Assembly: GCA_963802965.1 (NCBI GenBank)
Contig: CAWDKS010000003.1
Location: forward strand, 274,813-338,812
Length of the DNA stretch: 64,000 nucleotides
Direction of reading: 5' to 3'
From: an uncultured Verrucomicrobiae bacterium
GTDB taxonomy: Bacteria > Verrucomicrobiota > Verrucomicrobiia > Limisphaerales > UBA11358
Under the pieces are notes generated by a model, which saw only the letters and a program-made list of their open reading frames with translations, did no database searches and had not been told where the DNA came from. Shown piece by piece: positions 17,681 to 27,903 of the stretch; positions within the stretch are counted from its first letter, which is position 1; the number at the start of each line of letters is the position of its first letter. The position numbers and the translations under genes are program-made.

Positions 17681-18127
17681 ATGACAATTCTCTTTCTCAA
17701 CGGGCCTAATCTGAACCTGCTCGGTCAACGCGAGACGGACGTTTATGGCCGGACGACGCTGGCCGAGATCGAAGCCAAAGTCCGCCAGCGCGCCGAACAG
17801 CTTGGGGCTGAAATTGACTTCCGCCAGTCCAATCAGGAAGGTCAATTGGTTGGATGGATTCAGGAAGCCAAGGGCAAGTTTGATGTGATTGTCCTGAACG
17901 CCGCCGCTTACACCCATACCAGCATTGCGCTTCGGGACGCGATAGCCGCTGTGGGCGTTCCAACCATCGAAATCCATCTTTCAAACGTTCACGCCCGGGA
18001 AGATTTCAGGCAAAAATCGCTCATTGCACCGGTTTGTTGTGGCCAAATCTCAGGATTCGGACAAAATTCATACGTTTTGGCTGTTGAGGCATCAGTTAAC
18101 GTTATCGAACATAAAAATTCGGATTAA
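17681..18127 (+). CDS. aroQ: type II 3-dehydroquinate dehydratase
   Basis: MTILFLNGPNLNLLGQRE...VLNAAAYTHTSIALRDA...IEIHLSNVHAREDFR. Confidence 0.95.
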   Translation: MTILFLNGPNLNLLGQRETDVYGRTTLAEIEAKVRQRAEQLGAEIDFRQSNQEGQLVGWIQEAKGKFDVIVLNAAAYTHTSIALRDAIAAVGVPTIEIHLSNVHAREDFRQKSLIAPVCCGQISGFGQNSYVLAVEASVNVIEHKNSD

Positions 18128-18318
18128 AGTGGCATTTATAGGCTACTTTAATGCGGGTTTAATTTATTAACTTTGCCGCTTGACGCCTTGTTTTTGACCC
18201 AATAGACTTCGCGCCTGATAACAAATGTAACGAACAGAGTTGGACCCGGCTGCGGCCTTTTCCTTGAAGCGCAGCGACTATCGGCAGTGTGTTTTTGAAG
18301 TTTTAACGAAATCGAATT

Positions 18319-18792
18319 GTGGATCTTAAAGATATCAAGGCCATCATTGACCTGATGAAGAAGAACTCCATCTCGGAATTTGAGATGGAGAAGCAGGACT
18401 TCAAAATCAGGTTGAAACGCGGTCTGAATGGCGGAACGCCGGCCGCCCCACTGGATGAAATTGCTCCGGCAGTTGCCGTTGGCGCGCCTCTGCAAATTCC
18501 CGCTGCGCCCCCGCCGGGTACCACCGCTCCCCTGCCACCAGCAACCGGCGAAATTGAAATCAAATCGCCGATGATTGGCACTTTTTACCGGTCACCCTCG
18601 CCGGAGGCGGGCAGTTACGTTGAAGTGGGCACCGATGTCAACCCGGACACCGTCGTCTGCATCATCGAAGCCATGAAAGTGATGAACGAAATCAAGGCCG
18701 AGGTCAAAGGGGTCATCACCCAGGTTTTGGTTGAAAACGCCAAGCCGGTGGAATTCGGCCAGCCGTTGTTCAAGGTGCGTCCTCCGGCCTGA
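18319..18792 (+). CDS. accB: acetyl-CoA carboxylase biotin carboxyl carrier protein
   Basis: GTG start, Pro/Ala linker, [14 protein letters not shown] biotinylation motif. Confidence 0.9.
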   Translation: MDLKDIKAIIDLMKKNSISEFEMEKQDFKIRLKRGLNGGTPAAPLDEIAPAVAVGAPLQIPAAPPPGTTAPLPPATGEIEIKSPMIGTFYRSPSPEAGSYVEVGTDVNPDTVVCIIEAMKVMNEIKAEVKGVITQVLVENAKPVEFGQPLFKVRPPA

Positions 18793-18842
18793 CCGCGCCG
18801 GCATTTTGCCGGTTTGATTTTATCCGAGCTCATTAACAGCCC

Positions 18843-20226
18843 ATGTTTGAAAAAGTACTGGTCGCCAATCGCGGAGAGATTGCCGTTCGGGTTATTCGCG
18901 CCTGCAAGGAACTGAATATCCGCACCGTTGCCGTTTATTCCGAGGCGGACGCCAATTCGATGCACGTGCAACTGGCGGATGAGGCGATTTGCATCGGCAA
19001 GGCCGCGGCGGCGGACAGTTACCTGCGCATTGACCGCATCGTCAGCGCGGCGGAAATATCGGACGTGGACGCGATTCATCCGGGTTACGGTTTTCTTGTC
19101 CGAGAACGCGCACTTCGCCGAGGTTTGCGAAAGCTGCAACATCCATTTCATCGGCCCGCATCCGCGCACGATGCAGGCCCTGTCGGACAAGGCCGTGAGC
19201 CGCGCGCTCGCCAAAAAGGCGGGCGTGGCCGTGGCGCCGGGGTCCGAGGGCGTGGTGGAGAAGGAGCAGGACGCGCTCGCCGTGGCCAAACGCATCGGCT
19301 ATCCGGTCATCATCAAGGCCATCGCCGGCGGCGGCGGGCGCGGGATGCGCATGGCCCACAACGACATCTCGCTGGTGAAGGGCTACCACACGGCGCGAAC
19401 GGAGGCGGAAAAGGCCTTCGGCAATTCCGGCGTCTATATCGAAAAGTTCATCGAGAATCCGCACCACATTGAAATCCAGATCCTCGGCGACCACAAGGGT
19501 CGCATCATTCACCTGGGCGAGCGGGATTGTTCCATTCAGCGCCGGAACCAGAAGGTGGTCGAGGAGACGCCGTCACCATTCATCGAACACAAGTTCCGCA
19601 AATTGCGCGACCGGATCGGCAAGGCCGCGGTTAAAATCGCCGAGGCGGCGCACTACACAAACGCCGGCACGGTGGAATTCATCGTGGACAATCAGGGCAA
19701 TTATTATTTCCTCGAAGTCAACAAGCGGATTCAAGTCGAACATCCCATCACCGAGGAGGTCACCGGCATTGATCTCGTGCGTTACCAGATCCTGCTGGCC
19801 ATGGGCGAACCGCTGCACCACTCGCAGGGCGACGTGCAATTCAAGGGCCACGCGATTGAGTGCCGCATCAATGCCGAGGACCCGTTCAATGATTTTTGCC
19901 CCAGCCCCGGCCGCGTCGAAATGTATTTCCAGCCCGGCGGCCGCGGCGTGCGCGTGGACACGCACACCTATGCCGGTTACACCATTCCTTCAACCTACGA
20001 CTCGATGATTGGCAAGCTGATCACCTACGGCAAAGACCGGCGCGAGGCGATGGACAAGATGAGCCGCGCGCTGAGTGAATACCTGATCACCGGCATCAAG
20101 ACGAACATTTCGTTCCAGCAGGCGATCCTGCAGGACCCGAACTTCCGGCGCGGCGTTTATTCGACGAATTTCATCGAACAACTGCTGGGCGGGGCGCGGC
20201 GCGAGTTGATCGAGGAAAAAACCTGA
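18843..20226 (+). CDS. accC: acetyl-CoA carboxylase biotin carboxylase, interrupted by a 1-nt frameshift near 19098
   Basis: ORF 18843-19472 gives [20 protein letters not shown]...[11 protein letters not shown] 18928-20226 continues [11 protein letters not shown]...GGGGRGMR... in the next frame. There is one extra base at ctt-g-tcc. Confidence 0.9.
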
Positions 20227-20320
20227 TGCCCGCAACGACTTGATTGGGTGACTACGGCGAACAATGCGGGCGTTATGAATGTCCCGCAATCGGATTTGAC
20301 CGGCGGCCGGCCAGCCATAG

Positions 20321-20453
20321 GGCGCATCTTGACACTGCCCCCGGAGCGCCGGTCTCCGACCCGGCAAGAATCGAGAATCTTCCAGAAACGCGCCGGATCG
20401 GAGATCGGCGCTCCGCCATTGCCGCCAAGTCGGGGGCAGTGTCAAGATGCGCC
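20321..20453. repeat. 133-bp nested palindromic element downstream of accC
   Basis: The outer 22-bp arms ggcgcatcttgacactgccccc / gggggcagtgtcaagatgcgcc are perfectly complementary. The inner arms ggagcgccggtctccgacccggc / gccggatcggagatcggcgctcc have 2 mismatches. Confidence 0.75.
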
Positions 20454-20523
20454 CCCGGCCATTCCTTTTTCAGAATTAGATTTGACAGCGGGGTGGGGCC
20501 GCTTATCTTGATTCGCAAACATT

Positions 20524-20931
20524 ATGGCTGAAACTCCAGGCATTCCAACGGGCGCCGTGCCGCCGAAAAAAGAAACGGGCAAGGTGCAACCCAAGAAGGA
20601 AACCGTCCGCATCAATTTGCCGCCCAAACCGTCCGCCGCGCCCACCATCAAGCTGCCGACGCTGCCGCCCGGCGGTCCCACCGGGGCCCCCGGTGCGGTG
20701 CCATTGCCGACCGCGGCCAAGTCCGCGCCGATTGCCGCGCCGGCCCTGCAACGCACGACCGCCGCCGCCCCCGTTTCGCAACAACGTCCGGCGCCAGCCC
20801 CGCAAAGGCCCGCCGCTGCGCCGACGGTCGGCGGATTGGACAAGGGTCTGGCGATTTTCGCCGCGATTGCCGGGTTGGCGGCCTTGGCCGTCACGGCTTA
20901 TCTGGTCTGGCTGCTGCCCATCGGCGATTAA
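20524..20931 (+). CDS. proline/alanine-rich protein with C-terminal membrane anchor
   Basis: 135 aa with low-complexity PKKET and PxAP repeats, then [23 protein letters not shown]. Confidence 0.5.
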   Translation: MAETPGIPTGAVPPKKETGKVQPKKETVRINLPPKPSAAPTIKLPTLPPGGPTGAPGAVPLPTAAKSAPIAAPALQRTTAAAPVSQQRPAPAPQRPAAAPTVGGLDKGLAIFAAIAGLAALAVTAYLVWLLPIGD

Positions 20932-20965
20932 CCGGACCCGGTCTCAACGTTGTAATCGTTCATTT

Positions 20966-21298
20966 ATGGCCTCGCCTTCGATCCTCACGCTCACACAGGA
21001 GAATTTTTCGCTGCAAGTCCTGCAATCGCCCGCGCCCGTGCTTGTGGATTTTTGGGCCGAATGGTGCGGCCCATGCAAAATGATCGCGCCGCTGCTGGAT
21101 GAACTGGCCGACGAATACGACGGCAAGGTCAGAATCGGCAAGGTCAACATTGACGAGCAGCAGAACCTCGCCGCCGAATACGGGGTCCGCGCCATTCCCA
21201 CGCTGCTCGTTTTTCATCATGGCCAGGTCGCCGAGCAGCTCGTCGGCGCGCGCAGCAAGCGCGACCTCAAGGCCAGCCTCGACCGCGTTGCCACGTGA
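20966..21298 (+). CDS. trxA: thioredoxin
   Basis: [18 protein letters not shown]...[11 protein letters not shown]. Confidence 0.95.
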   Translation: MASPSILTLTQENFSLQVLQSPAPVLVDFWAEWCGPCKMIAPLLDELADEYDGKVRIGKVNIDEQQNLAAEYGVRAIPTLLVFHHGQVAEQLVGARSKRDLKASLDRVAT

Positions 21299-21326
21299 CG
21301 CCCGCCGGCCCCGCGAGGCGGGGATT

Positions 21327-22325
21327 ATGCCGCTCATCGTCTCGCCCCGACAATTCGCCCAGCGCGCCGAGTTCTATCATCAACTCGCCCAATGCACCTC
21401 CGCCGGCCTCGGCGTGATCCGCGCGCTGGAGCAAATCAAAGCCAGTCCGCCGGCCCGCTCGTTCCGGGAACCGCTCCAACGCCTCCTCGACGAACTGGCC
21501 AAAGGCGCGACGCTGGCCGAATCCCTGCAACTGCTCGGCTGGCTGCCCGCGTTTGACCTCGCGCTGGTGGAAGCCGGCGAACGCAGCGGACGGCTCGACG
21601 CCTGCTTCCGCCTGCTCGCCGATTATTACAATGACCGCGCCACCCTCGCGCGCCAGGTCATCGCCGACCTGATTTATCCGGTCGCGTTGTTTCACATGGC
21701 CGTCTTCATTTTTCCGTTTGCGCAATTTTTCCTCTCTGGAAACCTGCCGGCTTACCTGGCGAAAACGTTCGGCGTATTGATTCCGATTTACCTTTTGGCC
21801 GGGCTGGCCATCTACGCCACCCAGGGCAAACACGGCGAAAAATGGCGCGCGCGCATCGAATCCCTTCTGCGCCGCATTCCCATGCTTGGCACGGCGCGAC
21901 ATTATCTCGCCCTGTCACGGCTGGCGGCGGCGCTTGAGGCGCTCAACAGCGCGGGCGTCAACGTCCTCGCGGCCTGGGATTTGGCCGCGGCGGCCAGCGG
22001 CTCGCCCGCCTTGCGGCGCGCGGTGCAGGCCTGGAAACCGCGGGTCGCCGCCGGACAAATGCCGTCCGAAGCCGTGCGCGCCTGCCCGCTGTTCCCGGAG
22101 ATGTTCGCCAACCTTTACGCCAGCGGCGAAGTCAGCGGCAAATTGGATGATTCGCTCCGCCACCTGCACCGGGTTTACAACGAGGACGGCGCGCGCAAGC
22201 TCCACGCCTTCGCGCAATGGACACCGCGCCTGGTTTATCTGTTAGTCGCGTTGATGATTGCATTCAAGGTCGTCCAATTCTGGCTGGGCTATTTCAACGA
22301 AATCAACAACGCATCGCATTTTTAA
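21327..22325 (+). CDS. type II secretion system F (GspF/PilC) family protein, orphan copy
   Basis: From MPLIVSPRQFA. It has two T2SSF-like halves (LVEAGERSGRLDACF and LYASGEVSGKLDDSL) and three hydrophobic segments. Confidence 0.75.
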   Translation: MPLIVSPRQFAQRAEFYHQLAQCTSAGLGVIRALEQIKASPPARSFREPLQRLLDELAKGATLAESLQLLGWLPAFDLALVEAGERSGRLDACFRLLADYYNDRATLARQVIADLIYPVALFHMAVFIFPFAQFFLSGNLPAYLAKTFGVLIPIYLLAGLAIYATQGKHGEKWRARIESLLRRIPMLGTARHYLALSRLAAALEALNSAGVNVLAAWDLAAAASGSPALRRAVQAWKPRVAAGQMPSEAVRACPLFPEMFANLYASGEVSGKLDDSLRHLHRVYNEDGARKLHAFAQWTPRLVYLLVALMIAFKVVQFWLGYFNEINNASHF

Positions 22326-22367
22326 TTCCGCTTGGCGCATCCCCGCCCCGCAAATTACCTTCGCCGC

Positions 22368-23519
22368 ATGACGCTGACTGAAATTCTTGCCGACGAGGAA
22401 GGCCGCCTGCGCGAATTCCCCGTCGCACGCGAAAAGGTTTTCCTCGCGCACGCCGGCGTCTGCCCGCTGCCGCGCCGGGTGGCGCAGGCCATTGCCGATT
22501 GCGCGGTGCAAGGCACCACCGGCGACCAGGAGACCCTCGTGGTTCCCGGCCGGCTGAACGATGCGCGAAAACTCGCGTCACAATTGCTGAACTGCCAGCC
22601 GGACGAAATTGCGCTCGTCGGGCCGACGTCGCTGGCCTTGAGCTTCGTCGCCGCCGGTTTGAATTTTCGCAAGGGCGACAACGTCCTCATTTACCACGAT
22701 GATTATCCGTCGAATGTTTATCCGTGGATGGCGCTGGCCGGGCGCGGGGTCGAGGTCCGCCTGCTCAACACGCGCGGCCTCGGCGTCATCCGCCCGCAGG
22801 ACGTGATGGGGCAGGTGGACGAAAACACGCGGCTCGTCGCGCTGGCGTCCTGCCATTTCATCAGCGGCCACCGGCTGGAACACCAGGCCATCGGAAAATT
22901 TCTGCGCGAACGCGGCATTTTATTTTGTCTCGACGCGATTCAAACCCTCGGCGCGTTTCCGACGACGGTGGAGCACGTGGATTTTCTGGCCGCCGATGCG
23001 CACAAATGGCTGCTCGGCCCGTGCGGCGCGGGCGTGTTTTACGTCCGGCGCGAATTGCAGGAAAAGCTGAACCCGCCGGTCTATGGCTGGCACAACGTGC
23101 GGAATCCGGATTTCGTCGCGCAGGAACAGATTGTCTTCCGCAACGGCGCGGTCAAATACGAAGCCGGCACGCACAACATGCTCGGCGTGGTCGGTTTGAT
23201 TGCCGCGATGGAACTCGCCCTGGAAATAGGCGTGGAAAACATCGCCGCCGAACTGCTCCGCAAACGCGGGTGGCTGGTGTCGGCGCTGCGGGCGAAAGGC
23301 TTTGCGGTCTTGAACGCCGGCGCGAAAGCGGAAAACGCGAGCGGCATCGTTTCGTTTTACCAGTCCGGCAAAGACCATGCGGCCCTGCACAAAAAATTGA
23401 CGGATGCCGGCATCGTCACGTCGTTGCGGACGGACCGCAAGGGACAAAATTACATCCGCCTCTCGCCGCACTTCTACAACACGGACACGGAATTGCGGCG
23501 CGTGCTGGAATTGGTGTAA
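22368..23519 (+). CDS. class V aminotransferase / cysteine desulfurase-like PLP enzyme
   Basis: MTLTEILADEE...FLAADAHKWLLGPCGAGVFYV, with the PLP lysine in its usual context. Confidence 0.85.
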   Translation: MTLTEILADEEGRLREFPVAREKVFLAHAGVCPLPRRVAQAIADCAVQGTTGDQETLVVPGRLNDARKLASQLLNCQPDEIALVGPTSLALSFVAAGLNFRKGDNVLIYHDDYPSNVYPWMALAGRGVEVRLLNTRGLGVIRPQDVMGQVDENTRLVALASCHFISGHRLEHQAIGKFLRERGILFCLDAIQTLGAFPTTVEHVDFLAADAHKWLLGPCGAGVFYVRRELQEKLNPPVYGWHNVRNPDFVAQEQIVFRNGAVKYEAGTHNMLGVVGLIAAMELALEIGVENIAAELLRKRGWLVSALRAKGFAVLNAGAKAENASGIVSFYQSGKDHAALHKKLTDAGIVTSLRTDRKGQNYIRLSPHFYNTDTELRRVLELV

Positions 23520-23554
23520 ACCAACACGCAGTGCCGGTTTCAATTTTTTCGGCG

Positions 23555-23806
23555 TGCCGCCATTTTGGGAGCTTCTCCCGCGTTCTTGACCACTCCCGCC
23601 GCGAACGTGGAATCCTTTGCCGCGATTCTGGTTTCTCTTGCCGCCGATTTGAAACCCGCTGCCGCACTTTTGGGAATGGTTGCCGCGAAATTGGAAACTC
23701 CTGCCGCAAACTTGGGAGCTTCCGCTGCGAACTTGGAGGTCGTTGCCGCGAATTTGGAAATCCTTGCCGCATTCCCGCAACCTTCTGCCGCAGAGCTAAT
23801 TATACA
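23555..23806. repeat. tandem array, 12 units of exactly 21 bp (consensus TGCCGCGAAnTTGGAAnnnnn)
   Basis: Unit starts fall at 23555, 23576, 23597 ... 23786, so phasing is kept without indels. The edge units are degenerate. The array is open in several frames. Confidence 0.85.
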
Positions 23807-23959
23807 TTTTCCCCGCAACAAACCGACCAACAACAACCAAACTGAAAAACTGAAATCATAAAACAATGAAAACTCAAATGGCGATCCGAATTCCGCACTT
23901 GTCCTGACTCTTTTCCTGTATTCAGTTTGGGATGGACGATTGGGGCAATTGACGTTTGA

Positions 23960-24461
<502 letters not shown>

Positions 24462-25080
24462 CGTGGCGGCGTCTCGGCAGAGCGCCGCAAACCGTGACGG
24501 AATTTAGATGGCGGCTTTCTCCCGAAAGCCGCTACGCCGAAACGGAATTGTCGCGCACTCCGCAATTCGCAATTCGAAGTTGTCATGGCTCTTTTCCGGT
24601 TTTCATTTTGGGATGGACAAAAACGAAGACGGTGAGGAATTATGAATAAAATTTTATCAGCTCGTCAATCGCTCCACAAATTACATCGAGTGGGTGCTTT
24701 TTATTCCAATCTTCATCTTTCAAACCAGCAACTCGTTTGGTCAGGGCGTCAAGTCATTGTCTGTCGGCAAAATCGTTTTGCATCATGTGGTCAAGGATGC
24801 GACGAAGGTTCGTTTGCTCAGGAGCGCGGGTTTGATTGACGCCAAAGTGGTTCGGGTGGATACGGTCAATGATCGGCGCGCCGCGCCGACCGGACGCCGC
24901 AGCGCGGCGTCCCTACCTTGAAAGCGCGGACGTGTCTGTGCAGTCCAAAGTTGTAGCAGTCCCGCAGTGCGGGATGAGTCCGCTTATTCCTACCGCTGCC
25001 GAACGGCAAAACCGGCCCATGATTTGCCAAAATCCGGCGAGCGTTTCCCCGCCTGAACCCTGATTTTACGATGATGAAAA

Positions 25081-26889
25081 ATGTCCGGGATTTTCCCGGA
25101 TTTGACGGGGTATTCCATGTCATCGGAGAGTGAAACTGCCGGCGCAACGGCTTCTGATTCAACGGGAGCGGTTCCACCGGCATTGCCTCCCGGTTTGCCG
25201 GCGCAGTGCAGCCGGATGTCGCTGCTGGGCGTGGATTATTTCCACGTGAAGACCCGCGATGGCGGCGACCTTTACCTGACGCATTTTGGCGCGCCATTCT
25301 GGCGGCATCTGTTGCCGGAAAACTGGTATGCGCAGGACTGGTTCGAGTCCAAACGCGAACGGCTCGAAGGCACCAGCATGGTCTATAAGGTGCCGACGCG
25401 CGTAGTGGACGGCACCGCGCTGAACCTCGTCGTCAAATGGTCGCGCGTGGGCGAGGTCGTCCCGATGGACACCCTCACCATCAACAAGTTCATCCACGCC
25501 GAGTTCAACAGTCCGTTCGAGGAATTTTCGCGTTTGATGGAGTTGCGCAAGGGCGATTCCGGCCCGGCGGGCATCCACATTCACACCCAACGGCCGCTGG
25601 CGATTTACGTGCCCAGCCAGCGGCTGCAACTCTGGCAGACGGGCCGGTCGGAGGACAAAATCAACGCGAAAATCGCGCGCCATCCCGGCGTGGAAATTGA
25701 CATCCTACGGCAATACGTCGTGCTTTACGGCTGGATCAAGGGGCAGGACGCGGTCGAGACGGCGGAGTTTTTTCACCTGGAAGGCAGGCGACGGTCGGAG
25801 TTCCTCGCGCTTACGACCAGCCTGGTCATACACGAGCTTTGGCAGAAGGGCTACCGGGTCGTGGACATGAAGCCCGCGCACATCATTTTGCGGCCCGGCC
25901 CCAATCACTCGCTGTTGCGCGACCGCAACGGGCAGTTCGCCTACGCGCTGGTGGACTACGAATTGCTCGAACGGACGCCCGAACACGAACAGGCCGTGCG
26001 CACTGCCAATCGCCAGCTTTACCTCAAGCACATGGCCCGGCGGTTTGAAGCAGATGTCGCCAAACCGCTGCCGGCGCATCTGCAAGCGATCAACATTCTG
26101 GGCGCGGATTACATTTGCGGCCGCGCCGAGAGCACCGGCGGCATGCTCTGGGTGGTCGGCAAGGACCCCGATTTGTTCAACTACTTCCTGCCGGAACGCT
26201 GGCGGCGCACGCCCAAGAAAAAATTGTCTGCGCGCAACCAGGTCTTTTACACGCGCACCAAGGACAACATCAATCTGGTGTGGAAGGTTTCGCGGATGGG
26301 CGACCCGCCTCCCCAGTTGAACAATCCCGAAGCCAACCGGGAAGCGGCGCGTGAATACGGTTTCAATTGTCCCTTCGAGGAATTTGCCTTCGCGCTCGAA
26401 CTCAGCCGGAACGGCGTCAAGACGGTTTATCCGCGCGCGATTTACATGACCGGCCGCCGGCGCGGGCAGAACCGGCAGGCGGCGGATGACCGGTGCTACG
26501 CTGCGCTGGCGCATTTGCGCACGCCGGAGGGCGACCCGCTGGTCCGCAAGGAATACGATTACATCACCATCTGGGGATTCTGGAACGGGCCGGACGAATG
26601 GCTGGCCGTGGCCGACGGCAGTTTTTACCACGCCGTCAATGCCCGACAGGCCTTTGCCGACAAATTGATTTCCAAACAACTGCTGGCGGAATTGGTGCAA
26701 CTGAAGGCGGAAAGACTGGCGCGTTGCGGCCTGGAGGATTTGAATCCCAAGCCGGACCATTTGCTGCTCTCATTCGACCCGGCGGACAAGCTGGTGATCG
26801 GCTCACTGGGCAAACCCGAGGCGCGCCTCTGCAACTTCGAGCTGGTCCGCCGCCGGCCCGCCGCCGAAGCCGGGGCCGTGCCTGGATGA
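25081..26889 (+). CDS. tandem protein-kinase-like (Kdo/InaA/RIO-like) protein: predicted active N-domain plus pseudokinase C-domain
   Basis: 602 aa with an internal duplication. Matching pairs are LNLVVKWSRVGE/INLVWKVSRMGD, FNSPFEEFSRLMELRKG/FNCPFEEFAFALELSRNG, VVDMKPAHIIL/EDLNPKPDHLLL and LVDYELLER/LCNFELVRR. Confidence 0.7.
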   Translation: MSGIFPDLTGYSMSSESETAGATASDSTGAVPPALPPGLPAQCSRMSLLGVDYFHVKTRDGGDLYLTHFGAPFWRHLLPENWYAQDWFESKRERLEGTSMVYKVPTRVVDGTALNLVVKWSRVGEVVPMDTLTINKFIHAEFNSPFEEFSRLMELRKGDSGPAGIHIHTQRPLAIYVPSQRLQLWQTGRSEDKINAKIARHPGVEIDILRQYVVLYGWIKGQDAVETAEFFHLEGRRRSEFLALTTSLVIHELWQKGYRVVDMKPAHIILRPGPNHSLLRDRNGQFAYALVDYELLERTPEHEQAVRTANRQLYLKHMARRFEADVAKPLPAHLQAINILGADYICGRAESTGGMLWVVGKDPDLFNYFLPERWRRTPKKKLSARNQVFYTRTKDNINLVWKVSRMGDPPPQLNNPEANREAAREYGFNCPFEEFAFALELSRNGVKTVYPRAIYMTGRRRGQNRQAADDRCYAALAHLRTPEGDPLVRKEYDYITIWGFWNGPDEWLAVADGSFYHAVNARQAFADKLISKQLLAELVQLKAERLARCGLEDLNPKPDHLLLSFDPADKLVIGSLGKPEARLCNFELVRRRPAAEAGAVPG

Positions 26890-26943
26890 GTCATGGTTTA
26901 CCGCCCTATTGCATAAATGCTGAAAGTATGAAATACTGAAGGC

Positions 26944-27177
26944 ATGACAAAGGTCGTCAATATCAATGATCGGGGCACCCTGACGTTGCCGAAGGAAATG
27001 CGCCGGCGTTTGGGTGTCAACGGCAATGCCCAGGTGATTGCCGAGGATACCGGTGAAGGCATCCTGCTGCGCGCCGGGGCCACCTTCCCCGTGGAGGTGT
27101 ATTCCGACAAACGGCTGGCCGAATTTCGCCGGAACAACGAAGAGTCGCTGGCCCGTTATCGCTTCAAGCGAAAATGA
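26944..27177 (+). CDS. AbrB/SpoVT-family antitoxin
   Basis: MTKVVNINDRGTLTLPKEMRRRLGV. It has a 4-nt overlap with the downstream PIN gene. Confidence 0.75.
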   Translation: MTKVVNINDRGTLTLPKEMRRRLGVNGNAQVIAEDTGEGILLRAGATFPVEVYSDKRLAEFRRNNEESLARYRFKRK

Positions 27178-27572
27178 GGATATTTCTCAACGCCAATATC
27201 CTCTTTTCCGCAGCGCAACCGCACAGCCGGATGCGCGCCCTTCTGGAAGTGCTGTTCAACCGGGCGGAATGTCTCACCAACGCCTATGCCGTCGAGGAAG
27301 CCCGGCGCAATCTGGCGTTCAAATTTCCCGAAGGCTTGAAAACTTTGGACCGGCTGACCAAACAATGCGGGATGATTTCACAATTGACGACCGGCCTGGA
27401 AATTGCGCTGCCACTGAAAGATGTTCCGATTTTGGGCGGAGCGATTGCCGGTGGGGCCACACATTTGCTCACCGGCGATGAAAGGGATTTCGGAAAATTT
27501 TGGGGCAGAACCATTCAGGGCGTGAAAATCGTCTCGCCCAGAATGCTGGTTCAAGAACTGCGATTGCCCTGA
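27174..27572 (+). CDS. PIN-domain toxin
   Basis: MRIFLNANILFSAA...DVPILGGAIAGGATHLLTGDERDF. Confidence 0.7.
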   Translation: MRIFLNANILFSAAQPHSRMRALLEVLFNRAECLTNAYAVEEARRNLAFKFPEGLKTLDRLTKQCGMISQLTTGLEIALPLKDVPILGGAIAGGATHLLTGDERDFGKFWGRTIQGVKIVSPRMLVQELRLP

Positions 27573-27903
27573 TTAGCCACGGGCCGCGCATTTCTCCAGC
27601 CAAGTGAAGAGTGCGGCTCTCTGCCGAGAAGCCGCTACGGAAAATAAATTCACGCAATAACCTGTTGCCATCCGGCGCTTTTCTGGTATTCTCAATTCCC
27701 CTTTTCACCCGGGCAATCGCCGGTGGAATCGGGCAAACGGTCCTCGTTCGCATCGAGTGGATGCGGCCTGTCGTGCGGACTTGTCTCGTCGAAGTCAGAC
27801 GAAGACGGAAGCGCAGCGAAGGCGGACCACAACAACATCAAACATCAATCCCGTGTTCCGCGGGATGGTCCGCTCCGGCGGGCTTTTAACCAAAGGAAAA
27901 CTT

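Noticed and set aside
19090-19105. Programmed +1 frameshift in accC
   Set aside because: No slippery heptamer or downstream stimulatory structure is evident at ttt-ctt-g-tcc. A sequencing or assembly indel is the simpler explanation, so it is kept only as a low-interest finding.
23555-23806. Possible CRISPR array (also considered for 36169-36420)
   Set aside because: The units are contiguous 21-mers with no unique spacers between them. The repeats are diverged rather than identical, and no cas genes are present. These are tandem repeats, not CRISPR.
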